DNA from: an uncultured bacterium
GTDB lineage: Bacteria; Omnitrophota; Omnitrophia; Omnitrophales; Aquincolibacteriaceae
Length of the DNA: 64,000 nt
Direction of reading: 5' to 3'
Assembly (NCBI GenBank): GCA_964606385.1
Contig: CAZSFZ010000002.1
Span: 107,711 to 171,710, forward strand
The position numbers were made by a program, and so were the translations under genes. Under the pieces are notes generated by a model. The model had not been told where the DNA came from. It made no database searches and saw nothing but the letters and a program-made list of their open reading frames with translations. Shown in pieces: positions 23,954 through 35,292 of this stretch (position 1 is the stretch's first letter; the number at the start of each line of letters is the position of its first letter).

Positions 23954-25466
23954 TGCTTAAGCCTGAAGAAGTCACGCAAGCCATTCAAAAAGAGATCCAG
24001 AAATACGAGACCAAGCTTGAGATGCAATCGGTCGGTTACGTGCTGCAGGTGGGCGACGGGATCGCGCGCGTCTACGGTCTGGATGAGGTCATGGCCGGAG
24101 AACTGGTCACCTTCCGCGACGGCACGACGGGCCTTGTGCTCAATCTCGAGCCGAATTACGTCGGCGTCGTGATCCTCGGCGAAGACCGGACCATCAAGGA
24201 AGGCGATCAGGTCAAACGCACGGGCAAGATCGCCCAGGTGCCCGTCGGCGATGCCCTGAAGGGCCGTGTCATCAATCCACTCGGGGAGCCGCTTGACGGC
24301 AAAGGCCCGATCGTCTCAAAAAAAACACGTCCGATCGAATCCCTGCCTCCTTCCGTCGTCCAGCGCCAGCCCGTCAAGGAACCACTCCAGACCGGCATCA
24401 AATCCATCGATGCCATGATCCCGATCGGCCGCGGCCAGCGCGAACTCATTATCGGCGACCGCCAAACGGGTAAAACGGCCATCCTGATCGACACGATCCT
24501 CAATCAAAAGACCACGGGGGTCCACTGCATTTATGTCGCGATCGGCCAAAAACTTTCAAGCGTGGTCGCGCTCGCCGAAACGCTCCGTAAATACGGGGCC
24601 ATGGAATACACCACGATCGTGTCCGCCTCTTCGGAAGATCCGGCGCCGCTTCAATACCTCGCGCCTTATGCCGGCGCCGCGATCGGCGAAGAATCCCTCT
24701 TCACGGGGAAACACGCTCTCGTGGTCTATGACGATCTTTCCAAACACGCGGTCGCTTACCGCCAGCTTTCGCTTCTCCTGCAGCGTCCCCCGGGCCGCGA
24801 AGCGTATCCGGGCGATGTGTTCTACCTTCATTCCCGTCTGCTGGAACGCGCGGCCAAATTGCGCGACGACCTGGGGGGCGGCTCGCTCACCGCGCTGCCT
24901 GTGATCGAAACGCAGCTCGGCGATATTTCAGCCTACATCCCGACGAACGTGATCTCCATCACGGACGGTCAGATCTATCTGGAAAGCGATCTTTTTTACG
25001 CGGGCGTCCGGCCGGCCATCAACGTCGGCCTTTCGGTCTCGCGCGTCGGCGGCAACGCCCAGACCAAAGCCATGAAGCAGGTCGCCGGCATGCTCCGCCT
25101 TTCACTGGCCCAGTACCGTGAGCTCCAGGCCTTCGCCCAGCTCGCGACCGATCTGGATAAAGCCACCAAAGACCAGCTCACCCGCGGTGAACGCATGGTC
25201 GAGATCCTGAAGCAAACGGACCTTAACCCGCTGCCGCTTGAACGCCAGATCGTCAGCATTTTCGCGGGCAATGAGGGTTTTCTGGATGACATTCCGGCCT
25301 CCGGGGTCCGGGATTTTGAAAAAAACCTCCTGGAATTCATCGATAAGAGCTATCACGAGATCTTTATGGAGATCGCGGAGAAAAAGGTTCTTTCGGATGC
25401 CCTGAAAGAGAGTCTCAAGAAAGCGATCACAAAATTTAAACAAACGGAGGAAACAACTCAAAAACC

Positions 25467-25470
<4 letters not shown>
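23953..25470 (+). CDS. atpA: F0F1 ATP synthase subunit alpha
   Basis: 505 aa; Walker A GDRQTGKT; highly conserved alpha. Confidence 0.97.
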
Positions 25471-27804
<2,334 letters not shown>

Positions 27805-27805
<1 letters not shown>

Positions 27806-28068
27806 TGGCCGCTTATTCGCTCAAGATCATCACACCTCAGGGAATCGCGTACGAGGGAAGCGTTTATCACGCGCTTGTCCCCGCGGAGAGCGGATTTGTG
27901 GGGGTCCTGGCCCATCACGCGCCCTATCTTTTATCTTCCAAAGGCGGGCGGATGGTCGTCAAAGAAAGTATCGGGCTGGAGAGGGATTTCGAGGTCGGCC
28001 CTGGATTTTTCGAGGTCCAGCACGACCAGGCTGTGTTCCTAACACAGACCTGTTCGGGCGGAAATTAA
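27805..28068 (+). CDS. atpC: F0F1 ATP synthase subunit epsilon, beta-sandwich domain only (87 aa)
   Basis: MAAYSLKIITPQGIAYEGSVYHALVPAESGFVGVLAHHAPYLL... N-terminal domain conserved; the C-terminal two-helix regulatory domain is absent; stop codon overlaps the stop of a convergent gene (TTAA). Confidence 0.85.
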
Positions 28069-28457
28069 AAAAAGAAAGCCATCACAAGAAGCGCCAAACC
28101 TACGGCGGCCGAACTCAGTACGACCGTGCGAAACGCGAGAGGCTCTGCCACAAGCGCCATCAGGAATTCCCGGGACTTCTTGTAATAGAAGACAAATGGC
28201 GCCGCTTTGGCCAGCCCGAGGCTCATGACAAGCGTCACCACAAAATTCTCCAGGCTCAAAGCCCTGAAAAATTCTCCCCAGGTCCATAAAACCAGCGCCA
28301 ACACGATCACTCCGGCCGCGAACATCCACCGGGGGCGGACCTCCGGATAAGTCCGCACGATAAAACGTTTCATGCTTTCCAAGCCCCAAACGGCCCAAAG
28401 GCCCCCCAAAACCATCCACACCCCAAGAACGATCCCGAGAATTTTAAAATAGGTCAT
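28065..28457 (-). CDS. Hypothetical 4-TM membrane protein
   Basis: 130 aa, hydrophobic segments; no recognised motif. Confidence 0.5.
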   Translation of the reverse strand: MTYFKILGIVLGVWMVLGGLWAVWGLESMKRFIVRTYPEVRPRWMFAAGVIVLALVLWTWGEFFRALSLENFVVTLVMSLGLAKAAPFVFYYKKSREFLMALVAEPLAFRTVVLSSAAVGLALLVMAFFF

Positions 28458-28520
28458 GAGACCTCCGTGAAACGGGGAACGTGGAACGGAAAACGAAAGC
28501 GTTCATCGTTCACTGTTCCC
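28458..28520. repeat. REP-like imperfect palindrome (GGGGAACG family)
   Basis: gaaacggggaacgtggaacggaaaacgaaagcgttcatcgttcactgttccccgcgcc; shares the core aaaacg..gcgttcatcgttc..gttccccgcg with the 26334 element. Confidence 0.5.
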
Positions 28521-28691
28521 CGCGCCTTTTTTAAGGCGCTTACGTCCCTCAATGATCAGCGCTACCCCCGCCAAAAAGAACGAGAGAAACCCAACGAGCG
28601 CGAAGATCGTGCTGGGCAAGGTCCCGACCCAGAACGCGCATAAGATCAAAACCAGGCCCGGTAAAAAATATTTCCAAAGGTAGTCCTTCAT
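28503..28691 (-). CDS. Hypothetical small 2-TM membrane protein (62 aa)
   Basis: ORF with two hydrophobic helices; its 3' end overlaps the REP-like element; weak call. Confidence 0.35.
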   Translation of the reverse strand: MKDYLWKYFLPGLVLILCAFWVGTLPSTIFALVGFLSFFLAGVALIIEGRKRLKKGAGNSER

Positions 28692-28804
28692 AGCGAAGTC
28701 ATTCTCGCAGAATCGCTCCCTAACCGCAAGCGGAAGGCTCCCGCCGCCTTGATTTTAGAGACATTCCCAAGTAGCATGTGTGCCCGTGAAAGGAGCGTGA
28801 CGGA

Positions 28805-29683
28805 ATGACCGAAGTGCTGCTGGATGCCTTGAAAGATACGCTGGCCATGGCCCCATGGCTTCTGGGGATCTATATCGCCCTCGAGGTCCTTGAGAACCGT
28901 TCGGAATCCTTTATCGGGGAAAAGATCAGCCACAGAATGGGAGCGGCGCCCTTGCTCGGAGCCCTTTTGGGGTGCATGCCGCAATGTGGATTTTCGGTGA
29001 TTGCCGCAACGCTCTACGCACGTAAATGTATTTCCATCGGAACGCTCCTGGCTGTTTTTATTTCCACCTCCGATGAAGCCATCCCCGTGATCCTGGCCCA
29101 GCAAGACAAGGCCCCCCTGGTCTTCTGGCTTCTCTTTGTGAAGGTGATCCTCGCGACGATCGCTGGTTATGCGGTTGACCTCCTCTTAAAAACAAAAAAG
29201 GAGAAAGAACTTCACGCCCCGCATGGCCCCGTAATCCCCCAGGGAGGGCATCGGTCCTGCGATTGCCACGCTCACGGCAGCAATATCCCCCAATGGAAAA
29301 CTTTTTTTCTATTCCCGCTAAAACACACGCTCAAAGTGCTGTTTTTTATTTTTCTGGTCTCGCTCCTGATCGGAGCCGTGATCTCAAGGTCCGGCGAGGA
29401 AGGACTGCACCGTTTGTTCCTGTCGGGAACTCCTTTTCAGCCGCTCGTCGCCGTATTGGTCGGCATGATCCCGAATTGCGCCGCGTCCGTGGCGGTAACC
29501 GAAGTTTACCTTAAAGGCGCGATCACTTTCGGCTCGGCTATCGCGGGCCTTTCCGCGGGAGCCGGATTGGGCCTCCTGGTGTTATGGAAAGAGAACAAGA
29601 ACGGGAAAGAGAATGCCCTGGTGACAGGACTCCTCATCCTGATCAGTCTGACCGCCGGCATCCTCCTTAATCTTTTTCTTTAA
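28805..29683 (+). CDS. Predicted permease with two internal repeats each carrying a conserved Cys (DUF318/ArsP-like family)
   Basis: 292 aa polytopic; repeat motifs GCMPQCGFSVIAATLY and GMIPNCAASVAVTEVY; candidate promoter TTGATT-17-TAGCAT about 50 nt upstream. Confidence 0.6.
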   Translation: MTEVLLDALKDTLAMAPWLLGIYIALEVLENRSESFIGEKISHRMGAAPLLGALLGCMPQCGFSVIAATLYARKCISIGTLLAVFISTSDEAIPVILAQQDKAPLVFWLLFVKVILATIAGYAVDLLLKTKKEKELHAPHGPVIPQGGHRSCDCHAHGSNIPQWKTFFLFPLKHTLKVLFFIFLVSLLIGAVISRSGEEGLHRLFLSGTPFQPLVAVLVGMIPNCAASVAVTEVYLKGAITFGSAIAGLSAGAGLGLLVLWKENKNGKENALVTGLLILISLTAGILLNLFL

Positions 29684-29707
29684 TTCCTTTCTCTCTTTTT
29701 CCGTTTA

Positions 29708-29790
29708 CACTGTTCTCTACTAAATTTTAGAGGTTAACAGTGTTATACCGCATACCCATAAATTGAATATTATGCGGTATTAAGCTACAA
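29708..29790 (+). repeat. Copy B of the duplicated two-hairpin element, in the 5' leader of the UPF0016 gene
   Basis: acACTGTTCTCTactaaATTTTAGaGGTTAACAGTgttaTACCGCATACCCataaattgaaTATTATGCGGTAt; runs into GGAGG-ATG of the next gene without a terminator. Confidence 0.6.
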
Positions 29791-29823
29791 TTCAGTCCGA
29801 TCATCATCTCCGAAGGAGGATTT

Positions 29824-30096
29824 ATGGATCTAAAGGTTTTTCTGGCAACTTTAAGCGCCATTTTTTTTGCCGAGCTCGCGGACAAAACACAGCTCGTGGG
29901 CCTCACGATGGCCTCAAAGACCGGGAAGCCCCTTTCCGTGTTCCTGGGCTCCCTCGCCGGTTACGCCCTGGTCACCCTGATCTCGGTCGTGATCGGGACC
30001 CTCTTGGCAAAATACGTGAAGCCTGATTTTATCCGTTATGGCGGCGCCACCGCGTTCGTCGTGATCGGGATCCTGATGTTCTTCAACAAGCTTTAA
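29824..30096 (+). CDS. UPF0016 (GDT1/TMEM165/MneA-like) single-repeat membrane protein, putative Mn2+/Ca2+:H+ antiporter family
   Basis: 90 aa, 3 TM, signature E-L-A-D-K-T (E-x-G-D-K/R-T/S variant) in the first helix (AELADKTQLV); strong SD GAAGGAGG. Confidence 0.7.
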   Translation: MDLKVFLATLSAIFFAELADKTQLVGLTMASKTGKPLSVFLGSLAGYALVTLISVVIGTLLAKYVKPDFIRYGGATAFVVIGILMFFNKL

Positions 30097-30118
30097 ACTT
30101 AAAAAAGGAGAGTGCCAT

Positions 30119-30202
30119 GGCCTGTAAAACCAAGAAAGCCAAGAAAACAAAGAAAAAAGCAAAAAAAGCAGCAAAGAAATCCTGTTGCTGCTGCCGTTAA
30201 CC
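30119..30202 (+). CDS. Small ORF (27 aa) MACKTKKAKKTKKKAKKAAKKSCCCCR: Lys-rich peptide ending in four consecutive Cys codons
   Basis: Excellent SD (AAGGAG, 6-nt spacer); followed 14 nt later by a 9-bp GC hairpin (30217-30238). Not in the ORF track because <60 aa. Confidence 0.45.
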
Positions 30203-30216
30203 CTTTCGCCGATCCT

Positions 30217-30238
30217 GGAGGCGGGTCTTCCCGCCTCC
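30217..30238 (+). promoter_or_regulatory. Stable stem-loop GGAGGCGGG-TCTT-CCCGCCTCC between the small ORF and rluA-like gene (no U-tract)
   Basis: Perfect 9-bp GC-rich stem read directly from sequence. Confidence 0.5.
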
Positions 30239-30267
30239 GGGATTGAAACGGGTTCTCTGCCGGCTCC

Positions 30268-31026
30268 ATGACACAGCCTTCCTTCACTTCACACCCGGTC
30301 CTCTTCGAGGATGCAGATCTGATCGTTATTGATAAGCCCGAGAGAATTCTCTCACATCCCAATCCGGGGTCTCCCAAAGCCTCCTGCGCGTTCGAGGGGA
30401 CTTACGACATGAATGAGCGGCGCTTTCAGACGCCGCAGGGGCCTTTATGGCTTATCCATCGCCTGGATCAGGACACTTCCGGCATCCTCCTGGCGGCCAA
30501 AAACAAGAAAAGCGCCGTGGCCTGCCGGGACGCCTTTGAAAAACGGTCCGTCAAAAAAAATTATCTCGCCCTCATTGCGAGGCGCCCCATGCCGCCTCAA
30601 GGCTTATGGCGTGATACCCTTATCGAAAAAAGAACGGGTGGTCATGTCCGGGCTATGATCGCGCGGTCAGGCGCTCCCAACGCTTTTTTGAATTACAAAA
30701 TGAAGGAATATTTTCCGAAATTCAATCTAGCCCTGCTTGAGATCGGTCTTTTAAGCGGAAAAACACATCAGATCCGGGCGCAAGCGGCTTTCCGGGGACA
30801 TTCGGTGGCGGGCGACCGGATCTACGGAAATTTCACGATCAATAAGGAGTTGCGTGAAGCCCTGGGGCTCCGCCGCCTGTTTCTTCACGCCTGGAGCCTC
30901 ATCCTGCCGCATCCCGCAAGCGGTAAAATGCTAGAAATCACATCTCCATTGCCTGAAGATCTTGAAGATTTTTTATTCAAGTGCAACGCGCAACGCACAA
31001 TGAAAAACGAAAAACGCGGACGTTGA
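30268..31026 (+). CDS. RluA-family pseudouridine synthase (no S4 domain)
   Basis: LIVIDKPERILSHP...LWLIHRLDQDTSGILLAAKN (catalytic HRLD), ...GKTHQIRAQ... Confidence 0.8.
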   Translation: MTQPSFTSHPVLFEDADLIVIDKPERILSHPNPGSPKASCAFEGTYDMNERRFQTPQGPLWLIHRLDQDTSGILLAAKNKKSAVACRDAFEKRSVKKNYLALIARRPMPPQGLWRDTLIEKRTGGHVRAMIARSGAPNAFLNYKMKEYFPKFNLALLEIGLLSGKTHQIRAQAAFRGHSVAGDRIYGNFTINKELREALGLRRLFLHAWSLILPHPASGKMLEITSPLPEDLEDFLFKCNAQRTMKNEKRGR

Positions 31027-31036
31027 ACTTAGAACG

Positions 31037-32698
31037 TTGCCCGTTGAGCGAGCTTTTATGAAAGTCCTGCTTTTACAGCCCCCGATCGAGGATTTCTACA
31101 ATACCGACATCCGTTTGCAGCCGATCGGCCTGGCTTACCTGAAAGCCGCCGCGGAAAAATACCTGCCCTGGGCCCGGATCACGGTCAGGGACTTTCACCA
31201 TGGCTGGAGCCGCAAAACGATCCCCCTTCCAAGAGAATTAGCTTATTTAAAAGATTATTATTCCAAGGACGACCAAAGCCCGTTCTCGACGTTCCATCAT
31301 TATTATCACTTTGGCGCGGATTTTGACCGCATCGCGAAGGAAGTCTCCCAAGAAAGGCCCGATCTGGTCGGCATCGCCTCCCTTTTCGCCCCCTATCACC
31401 GGGAAGTCCTGCGATGCGCGGAAGCGATCAAAAAACACTGCCGTGTCCCGATCCTTCTCGGGGGTTCCCAGGTTTCCGCCATGCCAGAAGCGATGCTGGC
31501 GCATCCCGCCGTGGATTTTGTGATCCAGGGGGAAGGCGAGAAACCGTTCGTGGAGCTTTTAAAGGCTCTTCAAAGAGGGAAAAGCTTCGAGAAGGCCCCC
31601 AATCTAGGCTATAAAAAAAACGGCCGTCTGATCCTGAATCCGCGGAAAGAGAATTTTCCGATCGAAGCGATCCCTTTTCCGGATCTTTCCGACCTGCCCC
31701 AACACCATTACCTTTTCGAAAAAAAGCCGCTGTGTTTTATCATTACGTCACGCGGTTGCCCCTATCGCTGCGCGTTCTGCTCCGTTCACAAGACTTTCGG
31801 GCATCAATGCCGCCGGCGCAGCGCGGCCCACATCCTTGCCGAGATCCGCGAGCGTTACGCTCAAGGTTATCGTGTCTTTGACTTTGAGGACGACAACCTT
31901 ACGTTTGACCGCCAGGAGATGACCGCGGTCTGCGAGGAATTGATCCGGGCTTTCCCTAAAAAAGATATCCAGTTGCTTGCCATGAACGGAGTTTGTTATT
32001 GGACGCTGGACCTGAAGATCCTGAAGCTGATGCGGCGGGCGGGATTCACTCATTTGAACCTTTCGCTGGTGAGCACGAATGCCGCGCTGCTCAAAAAAGT
32101 CCGAAGACCGGCTTTTCCTCAAAAATACCGTCGGGTCGTAAAACAGGCAACGGCGCTCGGATTCAAGGTAGTCGCTTATCAGATCCTGGGGCTTCCGGGC
32201 GACACGCTTCCTTCGATGGTCCAAACCCTTCTTTTCAATGCCCGGCTTCCGGTGCTTCTAGGCGCCTCCCCTTTTTATTTGATCCCTCATTCGCCGATCG
32301 CAAAACAATTTAACGCTCCTTCCGAAGCGGATGTCTTCAAAGCGAGGCTGACGGCCATGGCGGTCGAAACCCGGGATTTTCAGCGGGGAGACCTCTACAC
32401 GCTCCTGATCACGACCCGCATCCTGAATTTTTTGAAGGGGATCCCTCTCCAGACCCCCTCGACCTTCCTTTCCAGGGCGTTGGCCATCGCCTCAAAACAG
32501 GATCCTCGCTCCTCTTGGGGTGTTCGGATCCTGAAAAAGCTCCTGAAAGAAAAAAAATTGTACGCGGCAACCTCCCGGGGGCTTGAACCGCTTCCCCGCT
32601 TTAAGGCCGGGCTCTTCTTTCAATTGTGGCGAAAACTTGATAGGATTCAGACCCAGGAAGGAAAAACCATCAGAACCCGGGGAGGACGATCATGTTGA
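31037..32698 (+). CDS. B12-binding domain / radical SAM domain protein (class B radical SAM)
   Basis: N-terminal Rossmann-like cobalamin-binding region (KVLLLQPP...; likely true start at MKVLLL, 31058) and CxxxCxxC cluster TSRGCPYRCAFCSV. Confidence 0.8.
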   Translation: MPVERAFMKVLLLQPPIEDFYNTDIRLQPIGLAYLKAAAEKYLPWARITVRDFHHGWSRKTIPLPRELAYLKDYYSKDDQSPFSTFHHYYHFGADFDRIAKEVSQERPDLVGIASLFAPYHREVLRCAEAIKKHCRVPILLGGSQVSAMPEAMLAHPAVDFVIQGEGEKPFVELLKALQRGKSFEKAPNLGYKKNGRLILNPRKENFPIEAIPFPDLSDLPQHHYLFEKKPLCFIITSRGCPYRCAFCSVHKTFGHQCRRRSAAHILAEIRERYAQGYRVFDFEDDNLTFDRQEMTAVCEELIRAFPKKDIQLLAMNGVCYWTLDLKILKLMRRAGFTHLNLSLVSTNAALLKKVRRPAFPQKYRRVVKQATALGFKVVAYQILGLPGDTLPSMVQTLLFNARLPVLLGASPFYLIPHSPIAKQFNAPSEADVFKARLTAMAVETRDFQRGDLYTLLITTRILNFLKGIPLQTPSTFLSRALAIASKQDPRSSWGVRILKKLLKEKKLYAATSRGLEPLPRFKAGLFFQLWRKLDRIQTQEGKTIRTRGGRSC

Positions 32699-33159
32699 TC
32701 AAAATTCTTTTTTCTACGGCTTTATGCCTGTCCGCAGGAGCGATTGGATCTGCTTTTACGATCGCGGCGATCCCTGAGTGGTACGCGACGCTCCAGAAAC
32801 CTTCTTTCTCACCGCCCAACTGGATGTTCGGCCCGGTGTGGACGCTTCTCTATGTCCTGATGGCCGTGGCAGCAGCGATGGTGTGGCAAAAGGGGCTTCA
32901 AAATCCTCCCGTCCGGAAGGCTCTTACGGTCTTTTTGCTGCAACTGATCTTAAACACAGTCTGGTCCTACCTCTTCTTCGGGCTCCGTTCCCCGCTTTAC
33001 GGCCTCGTCGATATTTTGTTCCTTTGGGCCATGATCTTGGTTACAATAGCGCAATTTTCCAAGGTCTCGGTCCCGGCCGCCTTGCTCCTTATTCCCTATC
33101 TCTTATGGGTAACGTTCGCGACGGGCCTGAACTTGGGAATTTTGCTTTTGAACCCTTAG
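32692..33159 (+). CDS. tspO: TspO/MBR family tryptophan-rich sensory protein
   Basis: IPEWYATLQKPSFSPPNWMFGPVWTLLYVLMAVAA...WSYLFF; 7-nt overlap (ATGTTGA) with the rSAM gene indicates translational coupling. Confidence 0.85.
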   Translation: MLIKILFSTALCLSAGAIGSAFTIAAIPEWYATLQKPSFSPPNWMFGPVWTLLYVLMAVAAAMVWQKGLQNPPVRKALTVFLLQLILNTVWSYLFFGLRSPLYGLVDILFLWAMILVTIAQFSKVSVPAALLLIPYLLWVTFATGLNLGILLLNP

Positions 33160-33187
33160 ACAATCCGCGGAAAGGTTCTCCGGTCTC

Positions 33188-33517
33188 ATGCGAGCGATAG
33201 CTTTATTGGTGGTTTCCAACGTTTTTATGACGGCCGCCTGGTACGGCCATTTGAGGTTCAAGAACGCCTCGCTCTGGCTTGTCATTCTGATCAGCTGGCT
33301 GATCGCTTTTGTGGAATATTGTTTCCAGGTCCCCGCGAACCGGATCGGCTCAAACCAGTTCTCAACGGCTCAGCTGAAAACGATCCAGGAGATCATCACG
33401 CTCGTGGTTTTCTGCGGTTTTTCTGTTATTTATCTTAAGGAAGAATTAAAATGGAATTACCTGGTCGGCTTCGGATTCATGGTCCTGGCCGCCTTTTTTA
33501 TTTTTAAAAAATGGTGA
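33188..33517 (+). CDS. DUF486-family small 4-TM DMT-like membrane protein
   Basis: MRAIALLVVSNVFMTAAWYGHLRFK... matches the conserved DUF486 N-terminus (SN.FMT.AWYGHLK). Confidence 0.6.
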   Translation: MRAIALLVVSNVFMTAAWYGHLRFKNASLWLVILISWLIAFVEYCFQVPANRIGSNQFSTAQLKTIQEIITLVVFCGFSVIYLKEELKWNYLVGFGFMVLAAFFIFKKW

Positions 33518-33565
33518 GATAATACCTCCCCGGGATCGGTTTTCCCGTTACAACGAAAGGTTCTT

Positions 33566-34312
33566 ATGGCTCTCAAAGAAACGTATGAAAAACAGGGTGA
33601 ATTCCTCTTCAAGCACCGGAGCTATCTTCCGCTTCTTACGGCTCCTTTGGTGATCGCGGCGCTGCTGGACCCACAGTATTCTCATCCCTTGTTCAGCGGT
33701 TTTTCGGGAGGTCTCTGGAAAACGATCTGTATCTGCATTTCCTTCGCAGGCCTCATGGTGCGCTGCCTCGTGGCGGGTTATGTCCCGCTGGGAACTTCGG
33801 GACGCAATACGGAACGCCAGGTGGCGAACAGCCTGAATACCAAAGGCATGTATTCCCTGGTCCGGAACCCCCTTTACCTCGGGAATTTCCTGATCATTCT
33901 GGGACTTCTTCTTTTTATCCAGGTCTGGTGGTTCGCGCTCGCGGGGATCGCTATTTTCTGGATCTTTTATGAGCGCATTATTTTCACGGAAGAAGAATTC
34001 CTCCGCGGCAAATTCGGCGCTGCTTATGTGGACTGGACCCTGAAAACACCTGTCTTCATTCCGAAATGCTCGGGCTGGCAGAAACCGGAGCTTCCGTACG
34101 CGTGGAAAACAGTTCTGAAGCGCGAGCACTCGACCCAATTCGGCATGGTCTCGGCGCTGACCGTGCTCGGGATCGCCTCGGACCTCTTTACAACCCCCGA
34201 CCACAGGATCTCGAATTTCTGGTGGTTCTTCTGGGGAACTTCGCTTGTTGTTTATCTCGTGTTCCGCTTTTTGAAGAAAAAAACCAAGGTCCTCAACATC
34301 GAAGGCCGCTAA
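33566..34312 (+). CDS. Isoprenylcysteine carboxyl methyltransferase / phospholipid methyltransferase (ICMT/PEMT) family membrane methyltransferase
   Basis: GMYSLVRNPLYLGNFLIILG and EEEFLRGKFGAAY motifs typical of the family; multiple TM helices. Confidence 0.7.
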   Translation: MALKETYEKQGEFLFKHRSYLPLLTAPLVIAALLDPQYSHPLFSGFSGGLWKTICICISFAGLMVRCLVAGYVPLGTSGRNTERQVANSLNTKGMYSLVRNPLYLGNFLIILGLLLFIQVWWFALAGIAIFWIFYERIIFTEEEFLRGKFGAAYVDWTLKTPVFIPKCSGWQKPELPYAWKTVLKREHSTQFGMVSALTVLGIASDLFTTPDHRISNFWWFFWGTSLVVYLVFRFLKKKTKVLNIEGR

Positions 34313-34330
34313 CCTTTCACGGAGTGCTCT

Positions 34331-34897
34331 ATGAAAAAATCGCTCGGCACCAAAACCCTTCTTTTTCCCACTCCTGTTTTGATCGTTTGCTCCTATGATG
34401 CCCAAGGCGTTCCCAACGCGATGAACGTAGCCTGGGGCGGTATCGCCTGCTCCGAACCCCCCTGCGTGGCCGTTTCGGTGCGCGACCACCGCAAGACCTA
34501 CGAGAACATCCTGGCCAAAAAGGCTTTTACGGTGAACATTCCCTCCGAAAAATATATGAAGGAAGCGGATTATTTCGGGATCGTCTCCGGAAAAACCGAA
34601 GATAAATTCAAGGCGACGGGACTGACGCCCGTCAAAAGCGATCTTGTCGATGCCCCCTACATCAAGGAATTCCCTTTCGTATTGGAATGCGTCCTCCGGG
34701 AAACCCACAAGCTCGGCATCCACACGCAATTCATCGGGGAGATCAAGGATATCAAGGTGGAAGATGCCGCGCTCAATTCAAAAGGGTTCCCGGACCCCGA
34801 GAAAATGAAGGCCTTTATGTTCGACCCCGGCACGAGCTCTTATTACGCAACCGGGAAATTCCTCGGCCAGGCCTTTACCGTCGGCAAGAAGAAATAG
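34331..34897 (+). CDS. Flavin reductase-like FMN-binding domain protein
   Basis: LLFPTPVLIVCSYDAQGVPNAMNVAWGGIACSEPPCVAVSVR... matches the flavin-reductase fold family. Confidence 0.75.
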   Translation: MKKSLGTKTLLFPTPVLIVCSYDAQGVPNAMNVAWGGIACSEPPCVAVSVRDHRKTYENILAKKAFTVNIPSEKYMKEADYFGIVSGKTEDKFKATGLTPVKSDLVDAPYIKEFPFVLECVLRETHKLGIHTQFIGEIKDIKVEDAALNSKGFPDPEKMKAFMFDPGTSSYYATGKFLGQAFTVGKKK

Positions 34898-34899
34898 CC

Positions 34900-35274
34900 A
34901 TGACCAAGTGGCTGGGACTGGCGGCGGGCGGTCTTTTAGGGACTTTCGCGCGTTATTTCCTTGCCGGAGCCGTTCACCGATTTTGGGGGGCGACCTTTCC
35001 TTTCGGGACCCTGGTGGTCAATCTGACCGGTTGTTTCGCGATCGGCTTCCTCGCCGTGCTCGCGGAAGAAAAATTCCTCCTCGGGCCGACGGCACGCGTA
35101 TTCCTTATGATCGGTTTTTGCGGGGCCTTTACGACTTTTTCGACTTTCATCTTTGAAACCGCCAATCTCACCAAAGACGGCGAAACTCTTTCCGCGCTGA
35201 TGAATATCGTGCTCAGTGTGGTCTTGGGTTTTCTGGTCTTTCGCCTGGGTGTCATACTTGCAAGAGCGCTTTAA
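34900..35274 (+). CDS. crcB: Fluoride ion channel CrcB/FluC
   Basis: MTKWLGLAAGGLLGTFARYFL...FPFGTLVVNLTGCFAIGF...GFCGAFTTFSTF; start 2 nt after the flavin-reductase stop (the ORF track's longer 34687 start overlaps it). Confidence 0.88.
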   Translation: MTKWLGLAAGGLLGTFARYFLAGAVHRFWGATFPFGTLVVNLTGCFAIGFLAVLAEEKFLLGPTARVFLMIGFCGAFTTFSTFIFETANLTKDGETLSALMNIVLSVVLGFLVFRLGVILARAL

Positions 35275-35292
35275 TTCGAACCGGAGGCATTT

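Noticed and set aside
29708-29790. yybP-ykoY (Mn2+) riboswitch in front of the UPF0016 gene
   Set aside because: The element lacks the conserved GGGGAGUAG / four-way-junction blocks of yybP-ykoY as I recall them; reported instead as an unclassified structured element.
30099-30377. 92-aa minus-strand ORF overlapping the small Cys4 ORF and rluA 5' end
   Set aside because: Antisense to an ORF with an excellent SD and to the conserved RluA N-terminus; translation is low-complexity (LCCFFCFFLCFLGFLGF) mirroring the poly-Lys codons.
34250-34900. Fluoride (crcB-motif) riboswitch upstream of crcB
   Set aside because: No intergenic space before crcB and no match to the conserved GGxGAUGG...CUGAUGAU core found in the upstream leaders I inspected.
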